Source: an uncultured Clostridia bacterium (GTDB lineage Bacteria > Bacillota > Clostridia > Oscillospirales > SIG627). From it: DNA of 64,000 nt. The stretch's first letter is position 1. Every line of letters starts with the position of its first letter. Made by a program: the position numbers and the translations under genes. The stretch is from contig CANQBV010000001.1 of assembly GCA_947589595.1 (NCBI GenBank), forward strand, positions 810 to 64,809. The letters run 5' to 3'. Under the pieces are notes generated by a model that was given only the letters and a program-made list of their open reading frames with translations, had not been told where the DNA came from and searched no databases. Positions 43,366 to 53,515 of this stretch are shown here, piece after piece.

Positions 43366-45630
43366 ATGTCGAATCTTGTGATTGTGGAATCACCGTCCAA
43401 AGCCACTACCATCAAAAGCTTTCTCGGCTCCGGGTATAAAGTCATTGCTTGTCAGGGGCATATCCGGGATCTGCCCAAATCCTCCCTCGGGGTGGATTTG
43501 GAGCACAATTTTGAACCGAAATATATCAATATCCGCGGCAAGGGAAGCCTCATTGCCGAACTGAAAAAAGAAGCGAAAAACGCCGACAAGGTGTTTCTCG
43601 CCAGCGACCCGGACCGCGAGGGGGAAGCGATCAGTTGGCACCTTTCGCGTGTTTTGGGACTGGAGGAAAAAAAAGGCGGACGCATTTCGTTTAATGAAAT
43701 TACCAAAAACGCCGTGAAAACCGCCATTGCCAATCCGCGCCCGATCGATATGGCGCTGGTGGATTCCCAGCAGACCCGCCGTATCCTCGACCGCATTGTG
43801 GGGTATAAGCTCAGCCCGCTGTTGTGGAAAAATGTGCAGAACGGCCTTTCCGCCGGGCGCGTGCAGTCCGTGGCGACACGGCTTGTGGTGGATCGCGAAA
43901 AAGAGATCCGCGCTTTTCAGCCTACGGAATTTTGGACGCTGGCGGCGCTTCTTTCCACGCCTGCCGGCAAAGAATTTACCGCCCGGTTTTACGGCTCTGC
44001 CCGCAAAAAAGCGGCGCTGAAAAACAGCGCGGATTGCGACGCCGTTTTAAAGCTTTTGGAAAATGCGGTTTTCACGATTAAAAAAATTGAAACCACCACC
44101 AAAAAGAAGCATCCGCAGCCGCCCTTTACGACCTCGCAACTGCAGCAGGAAACCTTTAAGCGCCTTGGCTTTTCCACCAAAACCACCATGCGGATCGCCC
44201 AGTCGCTGTATGAGGGCGTGCACCTCGGCAAGCGCGAGGAGCACGGTCTGATCACCTATATGCGTACCGACTCGCTCCGCGTTTCCGCCGAAGCGCAGGA
44301 AAGCGCCAGGCAGGTGATTTTGGATCGCTACGGCGCAAACTTTTACCCGGCAAAGGCGCGTGTGTATCAATCCAATTCCTCCAGCCAGGACGCGCACGAA
44401 GCCATTCGTCCCACCGACCCGGCCCGCACGCCCGAAAGCGTGAAGGATTCGCTTACCAGCGAACAGTACCGATTGTATAAGCTTATTTGGGAACGCTTTA
44501 TCGCCAGCCAGATGCAGAGCGCCGAAATCGAGCAGCGCACGGTGGAGATCGAAGCCGCCTGTGCCGACGGCGCCAAGCTCCTTTTCCGCGCCAGCGGCGA
44601 AACCGTGCGCTTTGCCGGCTTTCAAAAGGTATACGGCGAATTGCGCGAGGAAAAAGACGACGAGGATTCCGGCAAGGTCAAGCTGCCGCCGATGGCGGAA
44701 AACGACGTGCTGGGCTTAAAGGCGCTTTTGCCGAAGCAGAACTTCACCCAGCCGCCGCGCCGTTATAACGAAGCGTCCCTGGTGAATGCGCTGGAGGAAA
44801 AGGGTATTGGCCGCCCCAGCACGTATTCGCCCACTATTGAAACCATTCTTGCCCGCGGCTATATTGCCCGCGAAAAGAAAATGTTTGTGCCCACCAAGCT
44901 CGGCGAAGTGACCAACGAAATCATGGAAAAGCATTTTCCCACCGTGGTGGATTATGAATTCACCGCCAATTTGGAAAAGAAGCTCGATGATATTGCCGAG
45001 GGCAAAGAAAATTATGTGGAAATCCTCGGCGATTTCTACGGAGAATTCAAGCGGCTTTTGGATCAGGCGGAGGCGGAATTTGCCGAAACCGGCAAGGTAG
45101 CGCTGCCTGCGGAAACGCTGGACGCCGTGTGCCCGAAATGCGGCAGAACCATGATCGTGAAAAACGGGCGCTTCGGCAAATTTGCCGCCTGCCCCGGCTA
45201 CCCGGAATGCAAAACCACCATGCCCCTGGACGCCGCCGGCAAGGTCAGTGCGCCCGCGGAAGAAAAAGAAGAAATCGTGGACGGGGAAACCTGCCCGCAA
45301 TGCGGCAGCCCGATCGTGAAGAAAAAAGGCCGGTACGGCGTTTTTCTGGCGTGCAAAAACTATCCGGAATGCCGCTATACCAGGCAGATCGTTAAGGAAG
45401 TGGGCGTGAAATGCCCCAAGTGCGGCGGAGAGATTGTGGAAAAACACAGCCGCAAAAGCACGTTTTACGGCTGCTCGCATTACCCCGAATGCCGCTTTTC
45501 GCTGTGGGATCTGCCCATTGGCAGAACCTGCCCGCAGTGCGGTTCGCTTTTGGTGAAAAAGAAAAACGGTAGCATTGCCTGCTCCTCGAAGGAGTGTAAA
45601 TACAAAGAAACCGCGGAGGAGAAGAAATGA
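43366..45630 (+). CDS. topA: DNA topoisomerase I
   Basis: The TOPRIM start MSNLVIVESPSKA is typical (alternative ATG at 43348). DPDREGEAISWH; catalytic Tyr context ITYMRTDS; four C-terminal Cys4 zinc ribbons. Confidence 0.95.
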   Translation: MSNLVIVESPSKATTIKSFLGSGYKVIACQGHIRDLPKSSLGVDLEHNFEPKYINIRGKGSLIAELKKEAKNADKVFLASDPDREGEAISWHLSRVLGLEEKKGGRISFNEITKNAVKTAIANPRPIDMALVDSQQTRRILDRIVGYKLSPLLWKNVQNGLSAGRVQSVATRLVVDREKEIRAFQPTEFWTLAALLSTPAGKEFTARFYGSARKKAALKNSADCDAVLKLLENAVFTIKKIETTTKKKHPQPPFTTSQLQQETFKRLGFSTKTTMRIAQSLYEGVHLGKREEHGLITYMRTDSLRVSAEAQESARQVILDRYGANFYPAKARVYQSNSSSQDAHEAIRPTDPARTPESVKDSLTSEQYRLYKLIWERFIASQMQSAEIEQRTVEIEAACADGAKLLFRASGETVRFAGFQKVYGELREEKDDEDSGKVKLPPMAENDVLGLKALLPKQNFTQPPRRYNEASLVNALEEKGIGRPSTYSPTIETILARGYIAREKKMFVPTKLGEVTNEIMEKHFPTVVDYEFTANLEKKLDDIAEGKENYVEILGDFYGEFKRLLDQAEAEFAETGKVALPAETLDAVCPKCGRTMIVKNGRFGKFAACPGYPECKTTMPLDAAGKVSAPAEEKEEIVDGETCPQCGSPIVKKKGRYGVFLACKNYPECRYTRQIVKEVGVKCPKCGGEIVEKHSRKSTFYGCSHYPECRFSLWDLPIGRTCPQCGSLLVKKKNGSIACSSKECKYKETAEEKK

Positions 45631-46631
45631 AGCTGATCGTAGACGCCATGGGCGGGGATCACGCGCCGGAGGAAATCGTGATCGGCGCCGCACTCGGCAA
45701 AGAAAACTGCCCCGGGCTGCAGATCCTTTTTACCGGCAAGGAGAGCGAGATCCGCGAAATTCTGGACGCCAACCGTATCTCTTCGCAGGGCATTGAGATC
45801 GAGCCGAGCGAAACGCAGGTGGAAATGGAGGACGACCCGCTTTGCATTTTAAAAAGCAAAAAGGATTCCTCCATGGCCAGGGGATTTCAGCTTTTGCGCG
45901 ACGGCGCGGGAGACGCGTTTTTGAGCGCCGGCTCCACCGGCGCGCTGCTTGTGGGCGCCTCCAGCCGGATTTATAAAAACAAGATCCCCGGCGTCAAACG
46001 CTGTGCCATCGGCAGTGTACTGCCGTTCCAAAAGCCCTGTCTTTTGCTGGATTCCGGCGCCAATATCGAAGTGACGTCCGAAGAGCTCTGCCAGTTTGCC
46101 CTCATGGGAAAGGCCTATGCCGAGGACATTTTAGGGGTGAAAAACGCAAGAATCGGCTTGGTGAACAACGGCGCGGAGGAAACCAAAGGCACGCCGCTCT
46201 ACGTTGAAACGCATCAGGCGCTCAAAGCCATGGCGGGGATCCGCTTTGTGGGAAACGTGGAAGCACGGGAAATCCCCTTTGGCGCTTGCGACGTTCTGGT
46301 GTGCGACGGCTTTTCCGGAAATCTGATCTTAAAGCTTGCAGAGGGCATGGGAAAATTCTTTTCCGCAACGCTCAAGGAAATGCTCCTTTCGGATCTGAAA
46401 AGCAAGCTCGGCGCCCTGTTTCTGAAAAAAAAGGTGCTGGCGTTCCGTGAGAATTTTTCCTATGAAAAATACGGCGGCGCGCCGCTTCTGGGGACCAGAA
46501 AGCCCGTGATCAAGGCGCATGGCTCCTCCAAACGATCTGCCATTGCCTCGGCTGTTGTGCAGGCAGAACGTTTCAGCCGTGCCGATTTGGGCGAAAAAAT
46601 TGAAAGTTGGATCGGAAAGGAACAGGAATAA
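45627..46631 (+). CDS. plsX: phosphate acyltransferase PlsX
   Basis: 334 aa, beginning MKLIVDAMGGDHAP; typical PlsX. ATGA overlap with the topA stop. Confidence 0.95.
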   Translation: MKLIVDAMGGDHAPEEIVIGAALGKENCPGLQILFTGKESEIREILDANRISSQGIEIEPSETQVEMEDDPLCILKSKKDSSMARGFQLLRDGAGDAFLSAGSTGALLVGASSRIYKNKIPGVKRCAIGSVLPFQKPCLLLDSGANIEVTSEELCQFALMGKAYAEDILGVKNARIGLVNNGAEETKGTPLYVETHQALKAMAGIRFVGNVEAREIPFGACDVLVCDGFSGNLILKLAEGMGKFFSATLKEMLLSDLKSKLGALFLKKKVLAFRENFSYEKYGGAPLLGTRKPVIKAHGSSKRSAIASAVVQAERFSRADLGEKIESWIGKEQE

Positions 46632-47381
46632 ATGGAAAGTTCCCCTGCTCGGGAAAAGGACTATCCGGCGCCTTTTCTTTCCGGGCTTTCTGAATTGGAA
46701 GGAAAAATCGGATATCATTTTCAACAGAGAAAGTATCTGATTATTGCGCTCACTCATTCTTCCTTTTCCAAAGAAAAGAAAAACAAAACCCTGTTTGAAT
46801 ATAACGAACGGCAGGAATTTTTAGGCGATTCGGTGCTCTCCCTCATCGTTTCCCGCCATATTTTTGCCGATCCCGCGGCGTTCCCGGAGGGGATTCTGAC
46901 CAAGCTCCGCGCTTCCACCGTGTGTGCGGACGCGCTGTTTGAATTTGCCAAGACCCTGGATCTGGGGAAATATATGCTCATCAATCACGGCCTGGAGGAA
47001 AGCGGCGGACGCCACCAGAAAAATATCCTTGCCGATTGCTTTGAAGCGCTGATCGCGGCGATTTTTCTGGACGCAGGGCTTGCGGAGGCGGAGCGCTTTG
47101 TTTTGCGCTTTGCCAAAGAAAAGCTTGTGCAGCTCACCGAGGGCGGCAGGCTCCGCGATGAAGATTATAAGAGTCTTTTGCAGGAAAAGGTGCAGACCAG
47201 TCCCGGCGAGCGTGTGGAATATGTGCTGCTGGAAGCCAAAGGGCCGGATCACAACAAAGAGTTTGTCATGGAAGTGCGCTTAAATTCCAATCCCATCGGA
47301 AAGGGAAGCGGCCGCAGTAAGCGCGAAGCTGAGCAGGCGGCTGCTAAAATGGCGCTGGAAACCTGGTTCGGCGTGAAATGA
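46632..47381 (+). CDS. rnc: ribonuclease III
   Basis: 249 aa. RNase III signature ERQEFLGDSVL and a C-terminal dsRBD (GPDHNKEF...GSGRSKREAEQAAA). Confidence 0.93.
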   Translation: MESSPAREKDYPAPFLSGLSELEGKIGYHFQQRKYLIIALTHSSFSKEKKNKTLFEYNERQEFLGDSVLSLIVSRHIFADPAAFPEGILTKLRASTVCADALFEFAKTLDLGKYMLINHGLEESGGRHQKNILADCFEALIAAIFLDAGLAEAERFVLRFAKEKLVQLTEGGRLRDEDYKSLLQEKVQTSPGERVEYVLLEAKGPDHNKEFVMEVRLNSNPIGKGSGRSKREAEQAAAKMALETWFGVK

Positions 47382-47429
47382 GAGCGGAGAAAACGGCACG
47401 CTGAAAAAATACAAAATAAAGGTGAAAGA

Positions 47430-50400
47430 ATGTACTTAAAAACGCTGGAATTACAAGGCTTTAAATCGTTTCCCGATAAAACGGTCATCGAGTTTGACAA
47501 AGGCATGACCGCCATTGTGGGCGCCAACGGCAGCGGAAAGAGCAATATTTCCGATGCTGTCCGTTGGGTATTGGGGGAAATGAGCGCCAAATCCCTGCGC
47601 GGCAGCAAAATGGAGGACGTCATTTTCAACGGCTCCTCCGGCAGAAAAGGCAGCAATTTTGCGGAAGTCATCATGACGATTGATAATTCCGATTACTTAA
47701 TGAAAATCGACTACGACGAAGTCAGTGTCGGCAGAAAGCTCTACCGCAGCGGCGAAAGCGAATATTCGCTCAATCATAAGCCCTGCCGCTTAAAGGACGT
47801 TGTCGATCTGTTCCTCAATACCGGGATCGGCAGAGAGGGATATTCGGTGATCAGCCAGGGAAAAATTGCCGAGATCGTTTCCATGAAGGGCAACGAAAGA
47901 AGGGAACTGTTTGAAGAAGCCGCCGGGATTTCGCGTTTTCGCTACCGCAAGCACGAAGCCCAACAAAAGCTTGTTTCGGTGAATGACAACGCCGTCCGGA
48001 TCAACGACATCCTTTCCGAAGTGCAGGGGCGGATCCCGCGCCTGGAGGCGCAGAGCGCCAAGGCGAAAATTTATCTGGAGATCGCCGAGGAAAAGAAAAG
48101 TCTGGAGCTGGGGATCTGGGCAAACCGCTTTGCCGAGATCATGGCGCAGAGCGCCCGGGACGCCGCGGCGGAAAAAGCGCAACAGGCGGAGCTTGATGCG
48201 GTGAGTGACGAGATCACCGCGCAGGACGCGCGCCTGGAAAAGCTCTATGTAGAGAGCCAGGAAAAACAAATCGAATCGGAAAAGTTGCGGCAGGAAATTG
48301 CCGATTTGGCCACGCGGGAAAGCGAAATCGTTTCCTCACTTTCCGTTTTGGAAAATGAAATTCGCCACATGGATCTCCGCAGCGCCGAAACACAGCAGCT
48401 CGGCACGGAGCGGAAGGAAAAGCTCCTTGCCCTTGCCGCGGAGCAAGAAAAGGCGCAGGAAAGATTCGGCCTTTTGCAGACGGCGCTTGCCGAAGCGGAG
48501 GAAAGGGAACAGAAATCCAAAGAAGACCAGCTTGCCGCCGCCAAAAAGCTGGCGGATCTGGCCCTGCGCGAGGGGGAAACGGCGAAAAAGGAAAGGGAGC
48601 TTTTCCAGGAGGAAAGCCGCGTTTCGCTGGCTTTGAAAGAAGAGGAAGGCTTCGGCCGCGCCCGCGAGGAGCGGATCGGCGTTTTGCAGGAGGAAATGCA
48701 AAAGTGGGCGGGAAAAAAGGAAGAGCGCGAAACCCGCATGGAAAGTCTTTCCCGGAAAACGCAAACCGCCGCGCAAAAAGAAGCCGTTTTGCGTGAGGAA
48801 AACGGCAGGCTCAATTTGGCGCTCTATGAGATCGGCCAAAAACTGGAAGAAAAAACCGCGCTCTCCCAGCAGGCGCAGCTTTCGATTTTAACCGCTCAGC
48901 AGCGGCGGGAAACGCTTTTGCGCATGGAAAAGCTTTTAGAGGGTTTTTCCGATTCCGTCAAGGAAATTATGAACGCCGCGGAGAAAACCCTTTCCGGCAT
49001 TTGCGGCCCGGTTTCTAAGCTGATCAGCACCGAGGAACGCTACGTTCTCGCCATGGAGACCGCTCTCGGCGGCGCCGTGCAGAATCTTGTGGTGGAAACC
49101 GAAAAGGACGCCAAGGAAGCCATTTCCTATTTAAAGAACAACCGCCTCGGGAGAGCTACCTTCCTGCCGCTGACGACCTTGCGTCCGCAGGTTTACCGCA
49201 CCTTTCATATCCGCGCAAAGGGCTATGTAGGCTTGGCTTCCGAGCTTTGCCGCTGTGAAGAAAAATACCGCCCCGCCGTGGAGTTTTTGCTGGGCAAAAC
49301 CCTGGTGTGCGAGGATATTGACGCCGCTGCCGCGCTGGCGCGGGAGGAAAAATACGCCGTGAAGATCGTTACGCTGGACGGGCAGATTGTGCACGCCGGC
49401 GGCGCTTTCTCCGGCGGTCAGGCACAAAAGAAAAGCGGTGTGCTTTCCCGCACGGCGGATTTGGCGCGCCTGAAAGACGAAATTGAAAAAGCCGCCGCCG
49501 AAAAGGAAGCGCTCGACCGCCAGATCCGGCAGGCGGAGGAGGAAAGAAGCACCCTGCGCGGCCGGCTTTCCGAAAACGAAGCTGCGCTGATTCTGGCGGA
49601 AAAAAACACCCGCGAAGCAAAGAATACTCAGTATTTGGAGGAGGAAAGCTTCCGCCGCAATCTGCAGGGCTTAGAGCAGTTGGAGGAAGAATTCTCCGCG
49701 CTTTGCCTTGCCCGTGAAGAGAAAAAGCAGCAAGCGGAAAAAAGCCGCGAGGCCATTCGCCGGATCGCACTGGAAAAAGAAAGAATCGCCGTCGCCGCGG
49801 AAAAAATCCGTTTGGAAAAAGAAGAAGAAGAAGCCCTGCGCGAGGAGATCCTGGTGCAGGCGACCGAATTTGCCAAAGAAAGAACCGAAGCCCAGCTCCG
49901 GCTGGAGAGCGCCGCGGAGGAACTGAACGCCCTCGGCGCCCGCCGCGAGGAGCTTTTGGACGCCGACCGTAAAAAAGAGGAAATCTTAAAAGAACTTGCG
50001 CAGCAGAAAGAGACCGCGCTCGCCCGGATCGAAGCGGAAAAGAAAGAGCGCCTGGAACTGACCTCCCGTACGGAAGAAAAGCGCGAAGCACAGATCCGCC
50101 TTTCCGGCGAGCTTTCCGCCGCCGGTGAGGAAAGCGCCCGCATCCGCACCGAACAAAAAGGAAAGCAGGCGCGCAAGGAAACGCTTTTGGCCTCTCTTTC
50201 GCGCGTCAGAGGCACGCTTGCCGGCATGGAACGGGAAAAAGAATCCATTGAAAAAGGGCTGCTTGAGGAATATGAGCTGAATGTGGATTCCGAGGAATTC
50301 CGCGCCGCCAAGGAGATCGACACCGAAGCATTGGGCGGCAGCGAGCGCCTGGGAGAATTGCGCGCACAGATCCGTAAGGTCGGCCCCGTAAACCTGGAAT

Positions 50401-50999
50401 CGATCGCAGAGCTGAAGGAAGCCAAAGAACGCTTTGACTTTTTGAACCGGCAGTACAGCGATATTATGGAATCCAAAGAAGAACTGGAAAAAATGATCCG
50501 CGATCTGGAAAGCACCATGCGGGAAATGTTTTCCGAAACCTTCGAGGAGATCCGTTTTACTTTCCGCCGCATTTTCCGCGAGCTCTTTGGCGGGGGCGAT
50601 GCTGATATTGAATTGACCGACGCTGAGGATCTGCTCAACTGCGGCGTGGAGATTCGCGTGCAGCCTCCGGGAAAGGTGATCAAAAATCTGTCCATTCTCT
50701 CCGGCGGCGAGCAGGCGTTTGTGGCGATCGCGCTGTATATGTCGCTTCTGGAGATCAATCCCAGTCCGTTCTGTATTTTCGATGAGATCGAATCGGCACT
50801 GGACGAAGCCAACGTGCGCCGTTTTGCCGAATACATAAAGAAGCACAATGAAAAAACCCAGTTCATTGTGATCACACACCGCCGCGGTACCATGGAGGAG
50901 GCCGATACCCTGTACGGCATTACCATGCAGGAAAAGGGAATCAGCGACTTTATCCGTCTGGACGCCGGCAGTATCAACCGTTTTGCACAGGAGAATTAA
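47430..50999 (+). CDS. smc: chromosome segregation protein SMC
   Basis: 1189 aa. Walker A GANGSGKSN, long coiled coils, hinge region, C-terminal LSGGEQAFVAIAL and Walker B FCIFDEIESALD. Confidence 0.95.
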   Translation: MYLKTLELQGFKSFPDKTVIEFDKGMTAIVGANGSGKSNISDAVRWVLGEMSAKSLRGSKMEDVIFNGSSGRKGSNFAEVIMTIDNSDYLMKIDYDEVSVGRKLYRSGESEYSLNHKPCRLKDVVDLFLNTGIGREGYSVISQGKIAEIVSMKGNERRELFEEAAGISRFRYRKHEAQQKLVSVNDNAVRINDILSEVQGRIPRLEAQSAKAKIYLEIAEEKKSLELGIWANRFAEIMAQSARDAAAEKAQQAELDAVSDEITAQDARLEKLYVESQEKQIESEKLRQEIADLATRESEIVSSLSVLENEIRHMDLRSAETQQLGTERKEKLLALAAEQEKAQERFGLLQTALAEAEEREQKSKEDQLAAAKKLADLALREGETAKKERELFQEESRVSLALKEEEGFGRAREERIGVLQEEMQKWAGKKEERETRMESLSRKTQTAAQKEAVLREENGRLNLALYEIGQKLEEKTALSQQAQLSILTAQQRRETLLRMEKLLEGFSDSVKEIMNAAEKTLSGICGPVSKLISTEERYVLAMETALGGAVQNLVVETEKDAKEAISYLKNNRLGRATFLPLTTLRPQVYRTFHIRAKGYVGLASELCRCEEKYRPAVEFLLGKTLVCEDIDAAAALAREEKYAVKIVTLDGQIVHAGGAFSGGQAQKKSGVLSRTADLARLKDEIEKAAAEKEALDRQIRQAEEERSTLRGRLSENEAALILAEKNTREAKNTQYLEEESFRRNLQGLEQLEEEFSALCLAREEKKQQAEKSREAIRRIALEKERIAVAAEKIRLEKEEEEALREEILVQATEFAKERTEAQLRLESAAEELNALGARREELLDADRKKEEILKELAQQKETALARIEAEKKERLELTSRTEEKREAQIRLSGELSAAGEESARIRTEQKGKQARKETLLASLSRVRGTLAGMEREKESIEKGLLEEYELNVDSEEFRAAKEIDTEALGGSERLGELRAQIRKVGPVNLESIAELKEAKERFDFLNRQYSDIMESKEELEKMIRDLESTMREMFSETFEEIRFTFRRIFRELFGGGDADIELTDAEDLLNCGVEIRVQPPGKVIKNLSILSGGEQAFVAIALYMSLLEINPSPFCIFDEIESALDEANVRRFAEYIKKHNEKTQFIVITHRRGTMEEADTLYGITMQEKGISDFIRLDAGSINRFAQEN

Positions 51000-51001
51000 A
51001 A

Positions 51002-51916
51002 ATGGGATTTTTTGAGAAACTAAAGCGCGGCCTTGCCAAAACCAAAAACGCCATTCTGCACCGGGCCGATTCGCTGTTCCGTTCGCTTTCCGGCGAGATC
51101 GACGAGGATTTTTACGAGGAATTGGAAGAAATCCTCATTTTAGCGGATTTCGGCGTGGAAACGGCGGAGGAGATCATCGAAGCTCTGCGCGAAAAAGTCG
51201 TGGAGGATCGCATCTTTTCCGGCGAGGAAGCCAAAAGCGCACTGAAATCCATTCTGCGCGATCTTTTGCAGAGCGAAAGCGCGGCTTTAACGCTCAATAC
51301 CAAACCCGCTTCGATTTTAATGATCGGCGTCAACGGCGTCGGTAAAACCACCTCAATCGCCAAAATTGCCAATTTTCTCAAAAAAGACGGGAAAAAGGTG
51401 CTGCTCTGCGCCGGAGATACGTTCCGCGCCGCCGCGATCGAACAGATCGCCGTCTGGGCGGAGCGTATTGGCGTGGATCTGATTCGTCAGTCCGACGGCG
51501 CGGATCCTGCCGCCGTGGTGTTTGACGCCGCCGCCGCCGCCAAGAAAAGAGGCAGCGATGTGCTGATCGTCGATACCGCCGGGCGGCTCCACACGAAAAA
51601 GAATCTGATGGACGAGCTGGCGAAAATCCGCCGCGTGCTCGATCGGGAGCTGCCGGGGAGCGATACGGAGGTTTTGCTTGTGCTGGACGCTACTACCGGT
51701 CAGAACGCCATTCACCAGGCCAAGGAATTCAAAGCCAGCGCGGATATCACGGGCCTTGTGCTTACCAAGCTCGACGGCACCGCCAAGGGCGGCATTGTCT
51801 TTTCTTTAAAGAAAGAACTCGGCGTCCCCGTAAAATTCATTGGGGTGGGCGAGGGCATGGACGATCTCCAGCCCTTTGACCCCGAAGAATTTGTGGAAGC
51901 CCTGTTTGCGGAATAG
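51002..51916 (+). CDS. ftsY: signal recognition particle receptor FtsY
   Basis: 304 aa. NG domain with [18 protein letters not shown] and [10 protein letters not shown]. Confidence 0.95.
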   Translation: MGFFEKLKRGLAKTKNAILHRADSLFRSLSGEIDEDFYEELEEILILADFGVETAEEIIEALREKVVEDRIFSGEEAKSALKSILRDLLQSESAALTLNTKPASILMIGVNGVGKTTSIAKIANFLKKDGKKVLLCAGDTFRAAAIEQIAVWAERIGVDLIRQSDGADPAAVVFDAAAAAKKRGSDVLIVDTAGRLHTKKNLMDELAKIRRVLDRELPGSDTEVLLVLDATTGQNAIHQAKEFKASADITGLVLTKLDGTAKGGIVFSLKKELGVPVKFIGVGEGMDDLQPFDPEEFVEALFAE

Positions 51917-51920
51917 GCCC

Positions 51921-53135
51921 ATGAAGATCGGGTTATACGGCGGCACCTTCAATCCCCCGCACCGCGGGCATGAAAAAGCGGCCTGTGCGTTTTTGAAAGA
52001 GATCGGTCTGGATCGCCTTTTTGTAATCCCCGCCGGCATCCCGCCGCACAAGGTCGTGGAAAACGCGCCTTCTAAAGAAGACCGGCTTGCGCTTTGCCGC
52101 CGTGCGTTTCTGCCTCTTTCCGAAAAAATCGAAATTTGGGACGGGGAAATTTCGTCCCCGGAAATTTCCTATACCTACCGGACGGTTCAAAAATTCCGCG
52201 AGCGTTTCCCGGAAGACGGCCTTTTTCTTCTGGTTGGAACGGATATGTTTCTCACGTTTGAGCAGTGGCGCGAATTTTCCTATCTTCTTTCCGCCTGTAC
52301 ACTGTGCTGTGCGCCGCGTACGGACGAAAGAGAAGCCATTTTCGAAAAAAAAGCACAGCTCGAAGCAGATTTTGCCGCGCAAATCTTGCTTTTGGAGGAA
52401 AAACCATATATAATATCCTCATCGGAAATCCGGGAGGAGATTGTGAAAACGCATTTTTCCTTTTCTCTTTCCCCGGGCGTGAACGATTGGATTGAGCTTA
52501 CCGGCCTCTACGGCTCCGGGAAAAGCGATCCGCTCCGCCGGAAGATCCTTGCGCGGCTGAAGAAAGAAGTGCCGGAAGAAAGACTGCGGCATATCCTTTC
52601 CGTCGAACGGGAATGCTACCGTCTGACCCGCCTTTTGGGAAAAGAAGAGCTTCTTCCGGGAATTTGCCACGCGGCGCTGCTGCACGATCTGGCGCGCCAC
52701 AGCCCCGTTGAGCGCCAGCTTGAAATCCTGAAAAAATACGGCGTACCCGTGCAAAGGGAGGATCTGAACCCGCCCGTTTTGCTTCACGGCGTCACCGCCG
52801 CCGCGATCGCCGCCGAAGAATACGGCCTTGCGCCGATATTTACCGATGCGATCCGGTACCACACCACCCTGCGCGCCGCCTCGACGGTGGCTGATCGTAT
52901 TTTGTACCTGGCAGACGGGATTGAAGAAACGCGAACCCACGCCGCCTGTCGGAAAGCACGGGCGGATTTTGAAGCCGACCTTCAGCGCGGTATGGCGCCG
53001 CAGCGGGCGTTTCTGCGGGCGAATATCCGCTTTTTAGAGGGCAGCATTGCTCATGAAAAAGCCAAAGGCAGCACCGTTCACCCCGCTTCCTGCGGTGCGC
53101 TGCAAGATTTACAAAAAGAATGGGAGAAAGCATGA
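51921..53135 (+). CDS. nadD: fusion of nicotinate-nucleotide adenylyltransferase (NadD) and a YqeK-type HD-domain phosphohydrolase
   Basis: Start at ATG 51921 ([17 protein letters not shown]). Residues ~1-200 are NadD-like (SSSEIRE near the end). Residues ~215-404 are HD-domain ([37 protein letters not shown]). The reading frame is continuous. Confidence 0.85.
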   Translation: MKIGLYGGTFNPPHRGHEKAACAFLKEIGLDRLFVIPAGIPPHKVVENAPSKEDRLALCRRAFLPLSEKIEIWDGEISSPEISYTYRTVQKFRERFPEDGLFLLVGTDMFLTFEQWREFSYLLSACTLCCAPRTDEREAIFEKKAQLEADFAAQILLLEEKPYIISSSEIREEIVKTHFSFSLSPGVNDWIELTGLYGSGKSDPLRRKILARLKKEVPEERLRHILSVERECYRLTRLLGKEELLPGICHAALLHDLARHSPVERQLEILKKYGVPVQREDLNPPVLLHGVTAAAIAAEEYGLAPIFTDAIRYHTTLRAASTVADRILYLADGIEETRTHAACRKARADFEADLQRGMAPQRAFLRANIRFLEGSIAHEKAKGSTVHPASCGALQDLQKEWEKA

Positions 53136-53488
53136 ATTCACTGGAAAAAGCCAAAAAAATCGCCTCTGTGCTGGATGAAAAAAAAGCGAAGGAGATTGCG
53201 ATTTTAAATATTGCAAAGCAAAGCGTGCTGGGCGATTATTTTGTGATCGCCACCGGCACCAGCTCCACACAGGTAAAATCCCTGTGCGACGAAGTGGAGT
53301 ATCGGCTGCGGGAGGACTGCGGCGTGGCTTCGCCCCGCCGGGAAGGGTACAGCAGCGCCAACTGGATCCTGCTGGACTACGGCGATGTGATCGTGCACGT
53401 ATTCGACAAAGAATCGCGCGAGTTCTTTAAATTGGAAAAGCTGTGGGCAGACGCCGAAGCCGTTGAATTTGACGCAAAAGAAGATTAG
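53132..53488 (+). CDS. rsfS: ribosome silencing factor RsfS (Iojap family)
   Basis: Start at ATG 53132, an ATGA overlap with the previous stop. Motifs DYFVIATGTSSTQV and WILLDYGDVIVHVF. Confidence 0.9.
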   Translation: MNSLEKAKKIASVLDEKKAKEIAILNIAKQSVLGDYFVIATGTSSTQVKSLCDEVEYRLREDCGVASPRREGYSSANWILLDYGDVIVHVFDKESREFFKLEKLWADAEAVEFDAKED

Positions 53489-53515
53489 TTTTGCAGGGAA
53501 GGTTTGAGGAAGAAC

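Noticed and set aside
53489-53515. T-box or other riboswitch leaders upstream of leuS, the his operon (29757-29807) and asd (56335-56466).
   Set aside because: The leuS and his leaders are far too short (about 27 and 50 nt). The rpsU-asd spacer is fully explained by the rpsU terminator hairpin (56395-56434) plus the asd RBS, and it lacks the size and conserved boxes of a lysine or T-box element.
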